Assembly: GCA_963694715.1 (NCBI GenBank)
Contig: CAVOEB010000003.1
Location: forward strand, 7,673-71,672
Source of the DNA: Alphaproteobacteria bacterium
GTDB lineage: Bacteria > Pseudomonadota > Alphaproteobacteria > UBA828 > JAPUJA01
Length of the DNA: 64,000 nucleotides
Direction: 5' to 3'
The notes under the pieces: model-generated
Told to the model about the DNA's origin: nothing
Databases searched by the model: none
What the model saw: the letters and a program-made list of their open reading frames with translations, nothing else
Shown here: piece after piece, positions 48,922 through 59,218 of the stretch
Numbering within the stretch: position 1 is the first letter of the stretch
Layout: each line of letters opens with the position of its first letter
Position numbers and translations under genes: made by a program

Positions 48922-49370
48922 GGTGCTCGAGGCGCTAGCCCGCGAGGGCCGCTTCACCCGCCGCTTGGTCTTCTACCGTGAGCTGCTGGCCGAGCTTGGC
49001 GTGGCGCCTCGCCTGCCGCTATTCGCCGGGCAGAAGTTATTGGTGCGTCGCGCGTGCCTGCTTGCCCGGATCGCCACCAATTTTTGCACCCTCGAGCTAT
49101 TCTCGACACTCGATTTGACCAAGCTTACCCTCGAATTGGTGCTCTACGATTCTCCGCTCACCGCTGTGCACCGGAATCTGCGCCGCCTGGGCGGGTTGTT
49201 GCATCCGCCGCTCCATCTTCTACCTGGCCTGCCGGTTGCCCCGAGGCGGTCGGCGGGGAGGGCGGCCCGGGGGTCGACTAAGGCGGCTTTCCCTTGGCGT
49301 GCCGCGCGCCACTCGCTACCTTATTTTGTGGCGGGGCGCAGGCCCCGCCGGAGCCCGAGGACTTCCACCT

Positions 49371-50834
49371 ATGGCCGCAGACCAACCTGCCGCGTCGCCG
49401 ATTTATCCCGTCATCCTGTGCGGGGGCTCGGGCACCCGCCTGTGGCCGCTCTCGCGCACGCTCTATCCCAAGCAGTTCCTGCCTTTAGCCGCGGAGCGGA
49501 CCATGCTGCAGGAGACTACGCTGCGTTTCGCGCCGGGGTCGCGTTTCGCGTCGCCGCTGCTGCTGTGCAACGACGAGCACCGCTTTATCGTCGCCGAGCA
49601 ACTCCAGGCGGTGGGGATTGCGCCGGCGCGCATCGTGCTCGAGCCGGTCGGGCGCAACACGGCGCCGGCGGCCTGCGTGGCGGCGTTGTTGTTGTTACGC
49701 GAGGACGCAGATGCCCTGATGCTGCTCTCGCCCGCTGATCAGGTGGTGGCCGATGACGGGGCGCTGCACGCGGCCGTTGAGGCGGGCGCCGCGCTCGCCC
49801 GGGCCGGCCGGCTGGTCACCTTCGGGGTACCGCCCGACGCACCGCACACTGGCTACGGCTATATCAAGGCCGCCCAGCCCATCGACGGCGGTCCGGGCCT
49901 AGAGGTGGCGCGCTTCGTGGAAAAACCGGATCGGGCGACCGCGCAAGCCTACCTTGCCGAAGGTGAATATTCCTGGAACAGCGGCATGTTCCTGTTCGCA
50001 GCGCAAACCTATCTCGACGAACTCGCGCGTCACGCCCCGGCCGTGGTCGAGGCCTGCCGGGCCGCGCTCGACGGCGCGTTGGACGATCTCGACTTCTGCC
50101 GTCTGGAGCGCGCCGCCTTCGAGGCTTGTCCTGCGGACTCGATCGATTACGCGGTGATGGAGAAGACGACCCACGCCGCGGTCCTGCCCGTCGAGATGGG
50201 CTGGAACGACGTCGGCTCGTGGGACGCGCTCTACCAGATCGCGGCGCGCGATGGAAACGACAACCTCGTGGTCGGCGACGTGCTCGCCCTCGATTCCCGC
50301 GGCAACTACCTGCGCGCCGAGAGCGGCCTTGTCGCCGCGCTGGGGGTGGAGAACCTAGTGGTCGTCGCGACCGGCGACGTGGTCCTGGTTGCGGCGCGCG
50401 AGAAGGTCGAAGAGGTCAAGGCGCTGGTCGACCGCCTGGCCGCCGAGGGGCGGCCCGAGGCCAGTCAGCCTCCCGTGGTCTACCGGCCCTGGGGCTCGTT
50501 CGAGGACATCAAGGTCGGGCCCCACTACCAGGTCAAGCACCTGGTCATCAAACCGGGCGCGAAGATCTCGCTGCAGTACCACAATCAGCGCGCCGAGCAC
50601 TGGGTGGTAGTGCGCGGCCGCGCCCGGATAACCCGGGGCGATGCCACCTTCGAGCTCGATCCTGATCAGTCGACCTACATCCCGCTGGGCGAGACCCATC
50701 GGCTGGAAAACCCGAGCGACGAGCCGCTCGAGGTCATCGAGGTTCAGACCGGCGACTATCTGGGCGAGGACGACATCGTACGCCTCGAGGACACCTACGG
50801 GCGCACCGGCGAGGGCGGGCCCAAAAACGCCTGA
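49371..50834 (+). CDS. manC: Mannose-1-phosphate guanylyltransferase / mannose-6-phosphate isomerase (bifunctional, cupin C-terminus)
   Basis: ATG 49371. PVILCGGSGTRLWPLSR nucleotidyltransferase motif and a C-terminal cupin (HRLENPSDEPLEVIEVQTG). Confidence 0.85.
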   Translation: MAADQPAASPIYPVILCGGSGTRLWPLSRTLYPKQFLPLAAERTMLQETTLRFAPGSRFASPLLLCNDEHRFIVAEQLQAVGIAPARIVLEPVGRNTAPAACVAALLLLREDADALMLLSPADQVVADDGALHAAVEAGAALARAGRLVTFGVPPDAPHTGYGYIKAAQPIDGGPGLEVARFVEKPDRATAQAYLAEGEYSWNSGMFLFAAQTYLDELARHAPAVVEACRAALDGALDDLDFCRLERAAFEACPADSIDYAVMEKTTHAAVLPVEMGWNDVGSWDALYQIAARDGNDNLVVGDVLALDSRGNYLRAESGLVAALGVENLVVVATGDVVLVAAREKVEEVKALVDRLAAEGRPEASQPPVVYRPWGSFEDIKVGPHYQVKHLVIKPGAKISLQYHNQRAEHWVVVRGRARITRGDATFELDPDQSTYIPLGETHRLENPSDEPLEVIEVQTGDYLGEDDIVRLEDTYGRTGEGGPKNA

Positions 50835-50845
50835 GCGCGGCGCAA

Positions 50846-52096
50846 TCAGCGTTGCCGGTCTTCCATGATCGGCTGCTCGGACGTCTGGTGGTCGGGCAGG
50901 AAGCGGTCGAGCACCGCCGCGCCCACGGCGTCGCCCCAGACATTGATCGAGGTCCGGAAGCGGTCGAGGAACCAGTCCACGGCGAGCAGCAGGCCGATGC
51001 CCTCAAGCGGCAGGCCGACCGCCTTGAGCACGATTACCATGGTGACCAGCCCGGCCTCGGGAATCCCCGCCGCTCCGATCGCGGCCAGGGTCGCGGTGAC
51101 CATGATGATAGCCTGCTCGCCGATCGAGAGGTCGATGCCGTAGGCCTGGGCGATGAACATCGCGGCCGCTGCTTCATAAAGCGCGGTGCCGTTCATATTC
51201 ACGGTGCTGCCCAAGGGGAGGACGAAGCGCACGGCGCGCCGGTCGATGCCCTGCTCGCGGGCGCATTCCATGGTCAAGGGCAGGGTCGCCGAACTGCTCG
51301 CCGTACCGAACGCGGTGAGCAGTGCGCGCATCATGCCCGCGAGATAGGCCGGGCCGCGTCGGCCCACCAGGATCATGATTGCCGCCAGCACGAAGAAATG
51401 GATGCCGAGCCCACTTAGGACCGTGACGATATGCAGGCCCACGGCCGAGATTTCGTCGAGGAAGGCCTCGCCGCCACCGGCCTGACCGAGGCGCGAGGCG
51501 ATCAGCGCGAAGATGCCGATGGGCGCGGTGTACATCAGCCACGTCACCAACTTCATCATCGCCTCGTTGATGCCGTTGAAGAACTCGATGACGTGCCGCC
51601 CGGTCTTGCCCAGCGTGGTTAGCGCGCCCGAAAACAGGATCGCGAACAGGATCAGTGGCAGCAGCTGGGTTTCGGCGGCCGAGGCGATGAGATTGGGGCT
51701 GACCATCGAGAGCACGATGTCGGTGATCCCCACATCCTGCTTGGCCGCAACCTTCTCGGCCAGCTCCGGAGCCTCGAAGTCGAGCCCCGCGCCGGGCTGG
51801 ATGATGTTGACCATGACCAGCCCGATGAGCACGGCAGTAATCGTCGTCGCCCCGTAGTAGGCGAGGCTGATGCCGCCGATCCGGCCCAGCTTGCGGATGT
51901 CGCCGAGCGCCGCGACGCCGCTGATCACTGCGGCCAAGATCAGCGGGATGATCATCATCTTGAGCGCGTTGAGGAACAGCTTACCGATCCAGGCGACCGA
52001 GGTCATCGCTTCGCCGAAGAACCAGCCGGTGAGCATCCCGGCGATCACGCCGATGACGATGAAGACGAGAAGGAAGGTAGCGTGGCGATGAGACAT
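50846..52096 (-). CDS. Dicarboxylate/amino-acid:cation symporter (DAACS family, GltP/DctA-like)
   Basis: 416 aa, polytopic. Conserved family motifs (PLGSTVNMNGTALYE, AAIGAAGIPEAG). Confidence 0.85.
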   Translation of the reverse strand: MSHRHATFLLVFIVIGVIAGMLTGWFFGEAMTSVAWIGKLFLNALKMMIIPLILAAVISGVAALGDIRKLGRIGGISLAYYGATTITAVLIGLVMVNIIQPGAGLDFEAPELAEKVAAKQDVGITDIVLSMVSPNLIASAAETQLLPLILFAILFSGALTTLGKTGRHVIEFFNGINEAMMKLVTWLMYTAPIGIFALIASRLGQAGGGEAFLDEISAVGLHIVTVLSGLGIHFFVLAAIMILVGRRGPAYLAGMMRALLTAFGTASSSATLPLTMECAREQGIDRRAVRFVLPLGSTVNMNGTALYEAAAAMFIAQAYGIDLSIGEQAIIMVTATLAAIGAAGIPEAGLVTMVIVLKAVGLPLEGIGLLLAVDWFLDRFRTSINVWGDAVGAAVLDRFLPDHQTSEQPIMEDRQR

Positions 52097-52231
52097 CGGG
52101 CTGCGCTCTCTGGGGCTGTTGGGGACACCAGCCTAGCAGATTTCCGCGCCCGCGGGCACCGGGCCCGCGGCTGGGAAACGCCGGCTTTCGTGATACTCGG
52201 GCGCAACGCGGATCAGGCAACGGGAGGCCCA

Positions 52232-52936
52232 ATGGCGCCACTGCGCGACGAGCCTGGGGAGACAGCGGCTCCCGAGGACCACTACATCGATGCTCTGATG
52301 CCCCGGAAAATGGCGTTCAAGGCCGGGAAAATCGGTGCCGATAAGGCGTCGATGGAGGCGCTGCCCTACGGCATCGTGCGGCTCTTGAGCGGGGTCGCCT
52401 TCTCGCTCGGGCTGATCCTCGTCATCATCGGTGGCGCCGAGCTGTTCACGGGCAACGCGCTCATCGTCATGGCCTGGGCGGCCCGGCTGGCCAGCTCGGC
52501 CCAGCTGTTGCGTAACTGGGCAATCGTCTTTGTCGGGAATTTCGTCGGCGCGGTATGCACCGCGGCGCTCGCTATCCCGGATTCCAAGTATTAGCTCTGC
52601 TTGGGCCAGGCGCGGGCGCTGGGCATCGTGTGTAATACCCTGGTCTGTCTTGCCGTATGGCAGTGCCTCTCGGCGCGCAGCGTGATAAGCAAGACCGCCG
52701 CCCTGGTCGGGCCGATCGCGGGTTTCGCCGTGGGCGGCTTCGAGCACTCCATCGCCAATATGTATTTCATCCCCATGGGGCTGTTTGTCAAATACACCGC
52801 GCCCGAAAGCTTCTGGGCGGCGATCTACCCCCACCTCACGACGACGGGCTTCGCCATGAACCTGTTGCCGGCGACCATCGGCAACACCATCTTGGTCGGC
52901 GCCGTCTACTGGTTCACCTATTTGCGGAAGCGCTAG
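52232..52936 (+). pseudogene. Formate/nitrite transporter (FNT) family channel interrupted by an in-frame TAG
   Basis: The N-terminal half (GIVRLLSGVAFSLGLILVIIGGAELFTGN) and C-terminal half (NTLVCLAVW...GFEHSIANMYFIPMG) are in the same frame, separated by TAG at 52592-52594 (DSKY*LCLG). Confidence 0.6.
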
Positions 52937-52957
52937 GCGGGCAGGGGTGTTTTCAGC

Positions 52958-55040
52958 TTAAAGCACCAGGTTGTCGTTGACGATCGGGCTCGGCAGCACA
53001 TTTTCGAGCGTAATGAACAAGGCGAGATCGATCGCCGCGACCGCCGACTCGTCGGCGTCGATCTCGACCCGGGTATCGCTGCTACTTTGGACGAAGCGCA
53101 GGAAGCGGCCGCCCTCGGCGTTGTTGCCGCTATAGCCCAATTCGTCGGTCAGCAGCTCTTCCAGATAGAGCTTGTCTCTGTTCTTGTCCGCCTCGAAATA
53201 GGTGATCACGCTCACGTCGCCGAACAGGAATTCGTTGAAATCGAAGGTGTCGTCGCCCGAGCCGCCGGTAAAGGTGTCGTTGCCGTCTTCGCCGCCGTGG
53301 AAATCGTTGCCCGCGCCGCCGATCAGGGTGTCGTCACCCACGCCGGCGAAGATATCGTGGTTGCCCGCGTTGCCGTCGATGACGTCGTTGCCGCCGAGGC
53401 TATCGATGAAATCGTTCCCGCCCAGGCCCGACACCGTGTCGTCGCCTTCGTCGGTGAACATGGTGTCGTCGGTCGTATTGCCGCCGATTACGGTCAGGCC
53501 CTCGGTGCTCCAGCCGTCGTAGGTAATCTCGTTACCCGCACCGGGATCGAACGAGGTTACTTCGTGGTTCCGGATTACGGCGCCGGCGTTGTTGAACACC
53601 GCCGAGTTGCCCGCGACGACGGTGTTGTTCTCCACCGTCAGGCCCGAGAGCGACGAGTTGCCGTCGCCGAACATGATGATTGCAGTCGCGACCGTCGAGC
53701 TGCCAGAAAATCCCACGTTCGAGATCGTGTTGTCCGAGATCGTGCCCACTGCGGCGTCAAGGCTCGCGATGTCGGTGGTGACCTGGGTGCCGTTTTACGC
53801 CACCACGCCGGTCAATCCCGCGCCGGTGATCTGGTTGCTGGTGATAGTCAGGCTGCCGCCGGAGAACGCCATACCGTTTTTGTTGAAGCCCTGGATCGTC
53901 GAGTTGGTGATCGTCAGGCTGTCGCTGGCGCTCTCGAAATAGCCGAGGATGCCGATGTCGTCCCCGCTGTTCTTGAGCGCGCCGTCGGTCACGTCGTCGA
54001 CGGTCACGTTGTTGATCAGGCCGCCCGCCGCACCCTCGATCGAAATTCCCGCGGCGAGTTGGCTGGCGGTGCCGTAATCCATGCGATCGGCGCCGTCCAC
54101 GGTCAGGTTGTGCAAGCCCCAATTCGCGGCCGAGGAATTGACTAGCAGGGCGGTGCTCACGTCCTTGGAAAAGCTGCCCACGCCGAGCGTCTCAGTGGCC
54201 TGGCTCGCCGGCGCACGGAGGATGACACCGGTCTCGCTCTGGCCGATCAGGGTGACCTACTTATCGATCACGACCTGCTCTTCGTAGGTGCCGTTCAGGA
54301 TGAATAGCGCGGTGTTAGCGCTGACCAATCGGTCGTCGCCGTTCCCGCCGCTCAGCGTGCCGTTGTCGGCGCCGCCCGAAAAGACGTCGGTGTCGGGACC
54401 GCCGGTGATTGCGTCATCGCCCGCCTTGCCGACGGCGAGATCCTCGTTGCTGCTGGTCGAGATCACATCATTGCCGCTGCCGCCGATAACGTGATCCTCG
54501 CCGGACCCCGTCGTCACCGTCGAGCCCTCCGCGTTCGCGAGAATGGTCACGCCGCCGCTGAAGCTGGCAAAGTTTGGACCGAACTTGACCCGCTTGAGCT
54601 CGGAAAAGGCGATGGTGCTCGCGTCGTCCAGCTGAATGACACCGCTCGCACCCCCGGAAAAACCGATGAATCCGGACCCAATCACGGTCTCGGAAAACGA
54701 AGTGAAGAACGCGCCGCGGCCAAACCTGCCGCCGTGCTAGCCGGCCAGGTGCAGGGAACCGAAGCCCGAACCGCCGACGAATGTATTGTCGCCGCTGCCC
54801 TCGCGGAACAGGTACATGTCGTTGCCCGCGCCGCTCTCGGCGCTATCGTTGCCGGTGCTGCCGTCGAGCAGGTCGCGGCCGTCGTCGCCGAGCAACGCAT
54901 CGCTGCCCGCATCGCCGAACAGATGGTCGTTACTGGAATTGCCGTGCAGCACGTCGTCGGTATCGCCGCCGAACAGGCTGTCTTCCTCGGCGCCGCCCGC
55001 GAGCGTGTCGCCGCCCCCGCCGATTTCCCGGTCCACGACC
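52958..55040 (-). pseudogene. RTX calcium-binding-repeat / right-handed beta-helix secreted protein (T1SS-substrate-like) with three in-frame stops
   Basis: GGxGxD nonapeptide repeats (GGAGNDFHGGEDGNDTFTGGSGDDTF; GNSSNDHLFGDAGSDALLGDDGRDLL) and beta-helix NxxxxN repeats. A reverse-strand read shows one continuous frame broken by TAG (54737-54739), TAG (54257-54259) and TAA (53797-53799). The N-terminal boundary is uncertain. Confidence 0.55.
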
Positions 55041-55588
55041 TGCTCGCCCGCCGCTGGAGCCCCCGCGCCTTCGGCGATCGGCCGGTCGAGGCGGCGATCT
55101 TGCGCTCCCTGTTTGAGGCGGGGCGCTGGTCGCCCTCGTCCTATAACTAACAGCCTTGGCGCTTTCTCGTGGCCAGCCGCGACGATGCGGCCGAATTCGC
55201 GCGCATGCTCGTTTGCTTGGTGCCGTTCAACCAGTCCTGGGCGGGCGGGGCAGCCGTGCTCATCCTGGGTCTCGCACACAGCCAATCCGCCCGCTCTGGC
55301 AAGCCCAACACCCACGCCGGGCGGCGGCCATGAAGCCTTTCCGTCGAAGCCACAGCGCGCGGCCTTGTGGCCCATCAGATGGCGGGCATCGAAGCTACAA
55401 AAATCCGTGAAACCTACGCCCCGCCCGACGAGGTCGAGCAGCTCACGGCCATTGCGCTGGGCTGGCCCGGCGATCCCTCGACGCTGGGTGACGATATGCG
55501 CGAGGCGGAAGCGGCGCCGCGCGAACGCCGCGCACAGGCCGAGTTCGTGTTTTCGGGAGAGTGGGGAAACGTGGCGGAGTTGGGTTAA
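55010..55588 (+). pseudogene. Nitroreductase-family (YdjA-like) protein with two in-frame stops
   Basis: A single frame reads ...DLLARRWSPRAFGDRPVEAAILRSLFEAGRWSPSSYN*QPWRFLVASRDDAAEFARML...HAGRRP*SLSVEATARGLVAHQMAGIEATKIRETYAPPDEVEQLTAIALGWPGD... (TAA 55148-55150, TGA about 55330). No obvious start codon. The 5' end overlaps the RTX gene in antisense. Confidence 0.5.
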
Positions 55589-58500
55589 CTCTCGCCCCCC
55601 AGCGCACGTTCGATCCAGCGGGCCGAAAGCTTCTCCGAGAGCGCGTTTTGCGAGAGACGCTCGCCCAGCGCGGCGAAATCGACCGAGTCCATGGGCTGGT
55701 TCTGGTCAAAGCAGGAAAACACCAGTCGCTCCTCGCCGCTCTCGGGGTCGGTCTGCGGCTGCAGGCACTGGGCGCAGACCTCCTTCATCATGCATTGCAT
55801 CGATGAATTGACAACCGCAATCGCAATGGGCGCGGTCCCCAGAAGCTCGGCCAGCACACCGCGGCGCGCGGCCGCGAGCGCCGCCATCATCCGCTCCGAG
55901 CCGATTGCGACGATGCGTGTCACGTCTCGTAGATCGATCGCGCTCTCGCCCAGTCCGCCATTGCCGTACGCGCCCAGTGCGGCGGCCAGGTCGCCGGTGA
56001 AGGCGCAGTCCGTCGCGCGCGCCGGCTCCGGCGGCGTGCCGTCCTCGCAGGCCCAGAGCACTGCGTCGGCGGCGTCTTCCAGCCGCTCGCGGGCATAGAG
56101 CCCGTCGGCTGTCTTCGCGCCGGCCGCGATCAGCACCCGGCAACCCTGCGCCCGCATCGCCCGTCCCGCTGCGGCCACCGGGCCCAGCCCGTAGCCGCTA
56201 GCCGCGAGCAGCACCGTCTCGCCCGAGGGGATCTCGAGCGCCGTGCCCGTGGGGCCCATGAAAACCACCGGTTCGCCCGGCGCGAGCTTCGCCGCGATCC
56301 GGCTTGAGCCGCCCGCCTCGATCACCACGGAGCCGATCAGCCCGGCCTCGGCATCGGCCCAGGAGCCGGCCAGTGCCAGGCCCTCCATGATCAGTACCGG
56401 GCCCTCGACGCGCCGCGCGCGGGTTTCGAAATTCTGTAGCCGGAAGAACTGGCCCGGCGCAAAGGCGCGCGCTGCTGCCGGGGCATGCACCACAAGTTCC
56501 ACCACGCCGGGTGCGAGCGTCTCGACCCGCTCGATGTGTGCACGCAGGGCATCGGTCATGCGGGTGAGGAACGCATCCGCGTCGCTACCGTCCGCCGGCT
56601 CGTGTGCTGCGAGCAATGCGCTCACCTGGGGTGCGCCGCGCTTGGCACTGGCCATCGCCTTGACCACATTGCCCGCGAAGCTCGGGTGGGTGTCGCCGTA
56701 AAAGCTCACCGCCCGGCCATCCACGCGCTTGGCCGTGAGGATGTCGGTGCGTGTCGGTTTGGCGAGAAGCTCGGGCGTAATCGCCGCGCCCGCGTCGTCG
56801 ATTGCCCGGAACCAGCCATCGTCGAGCGCCAGCAGGTCCGGTTCCTCGCGCGCGATCGCCGTGTTAGGCGAGGTGCCCGCGGCGAACAGCACCGCGCGCG
56901 CGGGTAGAGCGACGCTCTCGCCCGTCGGCGCCATGTGGCCGTCTTCGTTCAGCGCCTGGCGCTCGAAGGTGATTGTTTGCGCGGCCCCGAAGCGGTCGGT
57001 TTCGATCGCGCTGGGCGAGAGGCCTTCCGCAAATCGAAAGCCTTCTGCGAGGGCGAACTCAACCTCCTCAGGATTGAGCCGGTACATGGGCGAATCGATC
57101 AGCCGCTTGCGGTACGCGATGGTCACACCGCCCCACTCGCGCACCAGGCCGCGAAGGTCCGGCGCGCGGTCTTCCGTCTCCGCCAGGGCGCGCTCCGCTC
57201 GCAGCGCCCGGCCGTGGGCGAGGAACTCCTCGGCGATCTCCGCGTCCTCTTCGCTCCAGCCCGCGCGCGCCGCCGCCTCGCCAAGATCGTCCGCCAGCGT
57301 CTCGTAGCGCGCAAGGAAGCGTTCGACCTGGACCAGGTAGTAGGCGGCGGATTCGGTTGCCGCGTCGACCGCCGTGAGGCCGCCGCCGATGATCACTGCA
57401 GGCAGCCGGATCTGGCAGCCGGCGGTGCTGTCGCCTTGTGCCGCGCCGGTCAGTTGCAGCGCCATGAGGAAATCCGAGGCGGCGCGCACGCCGCGCGCGA
57501 GCTTATTCGGCATGTCGGGGATGGTCGGGCGTCCCGCGCCCAGCGCCAGCGCGACATGATCGAAGCCGGCCTCGAACGCGGCCGCGATGGAAAGCTGCCC
57601 GCCGAGGCGCACGCCGCCGGCCATGGCGAAATACGCGCGGCGCTCGACGAGCAGGCGCAGAATTTTCAGAAAATTCTTGTTCCAGCGCACGGTGATGCCG
57701 TATTCGGCGACGCCGCCGAAGCCCGCCATGACGCGGGAATCCAACGGCTCAGAAATTTCGGCCAGATCCCGAATCGGCGTGAAGGGAACCCGCGCGCCCT
57801 TCTCGTCGACGCCCGAAATTTCGGGCGCGAGGGGCTCGATCTTGAGCCCGTCGATGGCAAGCACCGCATGGCCGTCGTTGAGCAGGTAATGGGCGAGGGT
57901 ATAGCCCGCGGGGCCGAGCCCGGCGATCAGCACCTTGCGCCCGCTGGCTGGCCTGGGCGCGGGGTGTGCGAGGTTGAGCGGGTTCCAGCGGGTCAGCAGG
58001 GAATAGATCTCGACCCCCCAGGGCAGGCCGAGCACGTCCTTGAGCACCCGGGTCTCGATTTGCGGCACGTCGACCGGCTCCTGCTTCTGGTAGATGCAGC
58101 CCTTCATGCAGTCGTTGCAGATGTGATGGCCGGTGCCCGCGCACATGGGGTTGTCCAGCGTCACGATGGCGAGCGCGCCGAGCGCGAAGCCTTGCGCCTT
58201 GACCATATTCATCTCGGAGATCTTTTCGTCTAGGGGGCAGCCGATCAGCGCTTCGCCGAACGGGTTGGTCCCGAACCCGCCGTCTTTCGCGAGCACGCCG
58301 TGAGAGCAGGAATCCTTGCCCCGGCCGTGGCAGAAGATGCAGTAGTTGGTATGGTCGAGCACTTGGGGCAGTTCGGCGCCGGCGTCGGTCAGGGTGAAAC
58401 CGTCGCGCGCGCGCAGATCGTGTTCGGGCAGGCGGAAGACCTCCGTGCCGTCCTCGGCGAGCGTCTCGACCGGCACGAGCGCCTCGTAATCCCGCTTGCT

Positions 58501-59067
58501 CGGCACCTTGAACAGCATGCCGGCGGCGAAGCGACGCTTGCCCGCCTCGCTCTGGGCCGCCCAGGCGGCGAATTGCAACGCGGTCTCGAGCGCCGCCGCG
58601 TTGGATTCCTCATCCGCGAGCCAGCCCATCACCGCCGCGGCGAAGCCCATCTCCGTAACCGGGCCGCCGAGCAGGCCTTCAAGTTCGGCTTCGAGCGCCG
58701 GCGCATCAAGCGCTTCTGCCGCGTCCGCCTTGATCTTCTTCGCCGCGCGGCGCTGCACGAACAACCGCTTGCATTTGTAGAGCGGGCCCAGCGCGTCGTG
58801 GGCGCGGCTCAGCTCACTAGCTTCTGTCTCGATGTCGAACAGCCGTGCGATGAAGCGCTCGACGAGAGGGGCAAGCTCGACCAGAAGCTGCGAGAGCGCG
58901 ATCGCGTCGAGACCCTCGGGCTTGGCCCGCGCGCCAACCAGCCGGCCGGCGAGCTCGGCGTTTTCTGCCGCCAGCCAATCGAGGAAGTGCGTATCGAGCC
59001 GGGCCAGTCCAGCGGGGTCGTAGAGTTCGGCAAAGGTGAAATCGTCGGCGAGGCTGAGCGCGGTCAT
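55585..59067 (-). CDS. Large fused FAD/NAD(P) oxidoreductase: Cys-rich Fe-S N-terminus + GltD/NfnB-like pyridine-nucleotide-disulfide domain + PyrK/NfnA-like ferredoxin-reductase domain
   Basis: 1160 aa, intact. Cys clusters (CIFCHGRGKDSCSHG; CNDCMKGC), Rossmann GxGxxG (KVLIAGLGPAGYTLA), a C-terminal FAD/NAD ferredoxin-reductase-type module and a terminal Cys motif (CAQCLQ...FSCFDQ). Confidence 0.65.
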   Translation of the reverse strand: MTALSLADDFTFAELYDPAGLARLDTHFLDWLAAENAELAGRLVGARAKPEGLDAIALSQLLVELAPLVERFIARLFDIETEASELSRAHDALGPLYKCKRLFVQRRAAKKIKADAAEALDAPALEAELEGLLGGPVTEMGFAAAVMGWLADEESNAAALETALQFAAWAAQSEAGKRRFAAGMLFKVPSKRDYEALVPVETLAEDGTEVFRLPEHDLRARDGFTLTDAGAELPQVLDHTNYCIFCHGRGKDSCSHGVLAKDGGFGTNPFGEALIGCPLDEKISEMNMVKAQGFALGALAIVTLDNPMCAGTGHHICNDCMKGCIYQKQEPVDVPQIETRVLKDVLGLPWGVEIYSLLTRWNPLNLAHPAPRPASGRKVLIAGLGPAGYTLAHYLLNDGHAVLAIDGLKIEPLAPEISGVDEKGARVPFTPIRDLAEISEPLDSRVMAGFGGVAEYGITVRWNKNFLKILRLLVERRAYFAMAGGVRLGGQLSIAAAFEAGFDHVALALGAGRPTIPDMPNKLARGVRAASDFLMALQLTGAAQGDSTAGCQIRLPAVIIGGGLTAVDAATESAAYYLVQVERFLARYETLADDLGEAAARAGWSEEDAEIAEEFLAHGRALRAERALAETEDRAPDLRGLVREWGGVTIAYRKRLIDSPMYRLNPEEVEFALAEGFRFAEGLSPSAIETDRFGAAQTITFERQALNEDGHMAPTGESVALPARAVLFAAGTSPNTAIAREEPDLLALDDGWFRAIDDAGAAITPELLAKPTRTDILTAKRVDGRAVSFYGDTHPSFAGNVVKAMASAKRGAPQVSALLAAHEPADGSDADAFLTRMTDALRAHIERVETLAPGVVELVVHAPAAARAFAPGQFFRLQNFETRARRVEGPVLIMEGLALAGSWADAEAGLIGSVVIEAGGSSRIAAKLAPGEPVVFMGPTGTALEIPSGETVLLAASGYGLGPVAAAGRAMRAQGCRVLIAAGAKTADGLYARERLEDAADAVLWACEDGTPPEPARATDCAFTGDLAAALGAYGNGGLGESAIDLRDVTRIVAIGSERMMAALAAARRGVLAELLGTAPIAIAVVNSSMQCMMKEVCAQCLQPQTDPESGEERLVFSCFDQNQPMDSVDFAALGERLSQNALSEKLSARWIERALGGES

Positions 59068-59100
59068 TACGGTGTCTCCGGCGGCATCGTTGTACCGCTC

Positions 59101-59165
59101 AACCTAGAGCAAAATCCATTTAACCGGAACCGTGCACGGTTCCGGTTAAATGGATAAATTTGCTC
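59101..59165. repeat. AT-rich near-perfect 65-bp palindrome in the promoter region of the large oxidoreductase gene
   Basis: agagcaaaatccatttaaccggaaccgtgca|tgcacggttccggttaaatggataaatttgctct. The inner 42 bp are a perfect inverted repeat. About 40% GC. Confidence 0.75.
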
Positions 59166-59218
59166 TATCTTTCGAGCCGAGTGACCACCACCCGATCTCC
59201 TCGAATCGCTGCAGCGGT

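Noticed and set aside
48923-49370. ORF 48923-49738 (271 aa) upstream of manC
   Set aside because: Only manC from ATG 49371 is supported. The upstream part has anomalous composition and no homology pattern. It is kept only as a curiosity in the findings.
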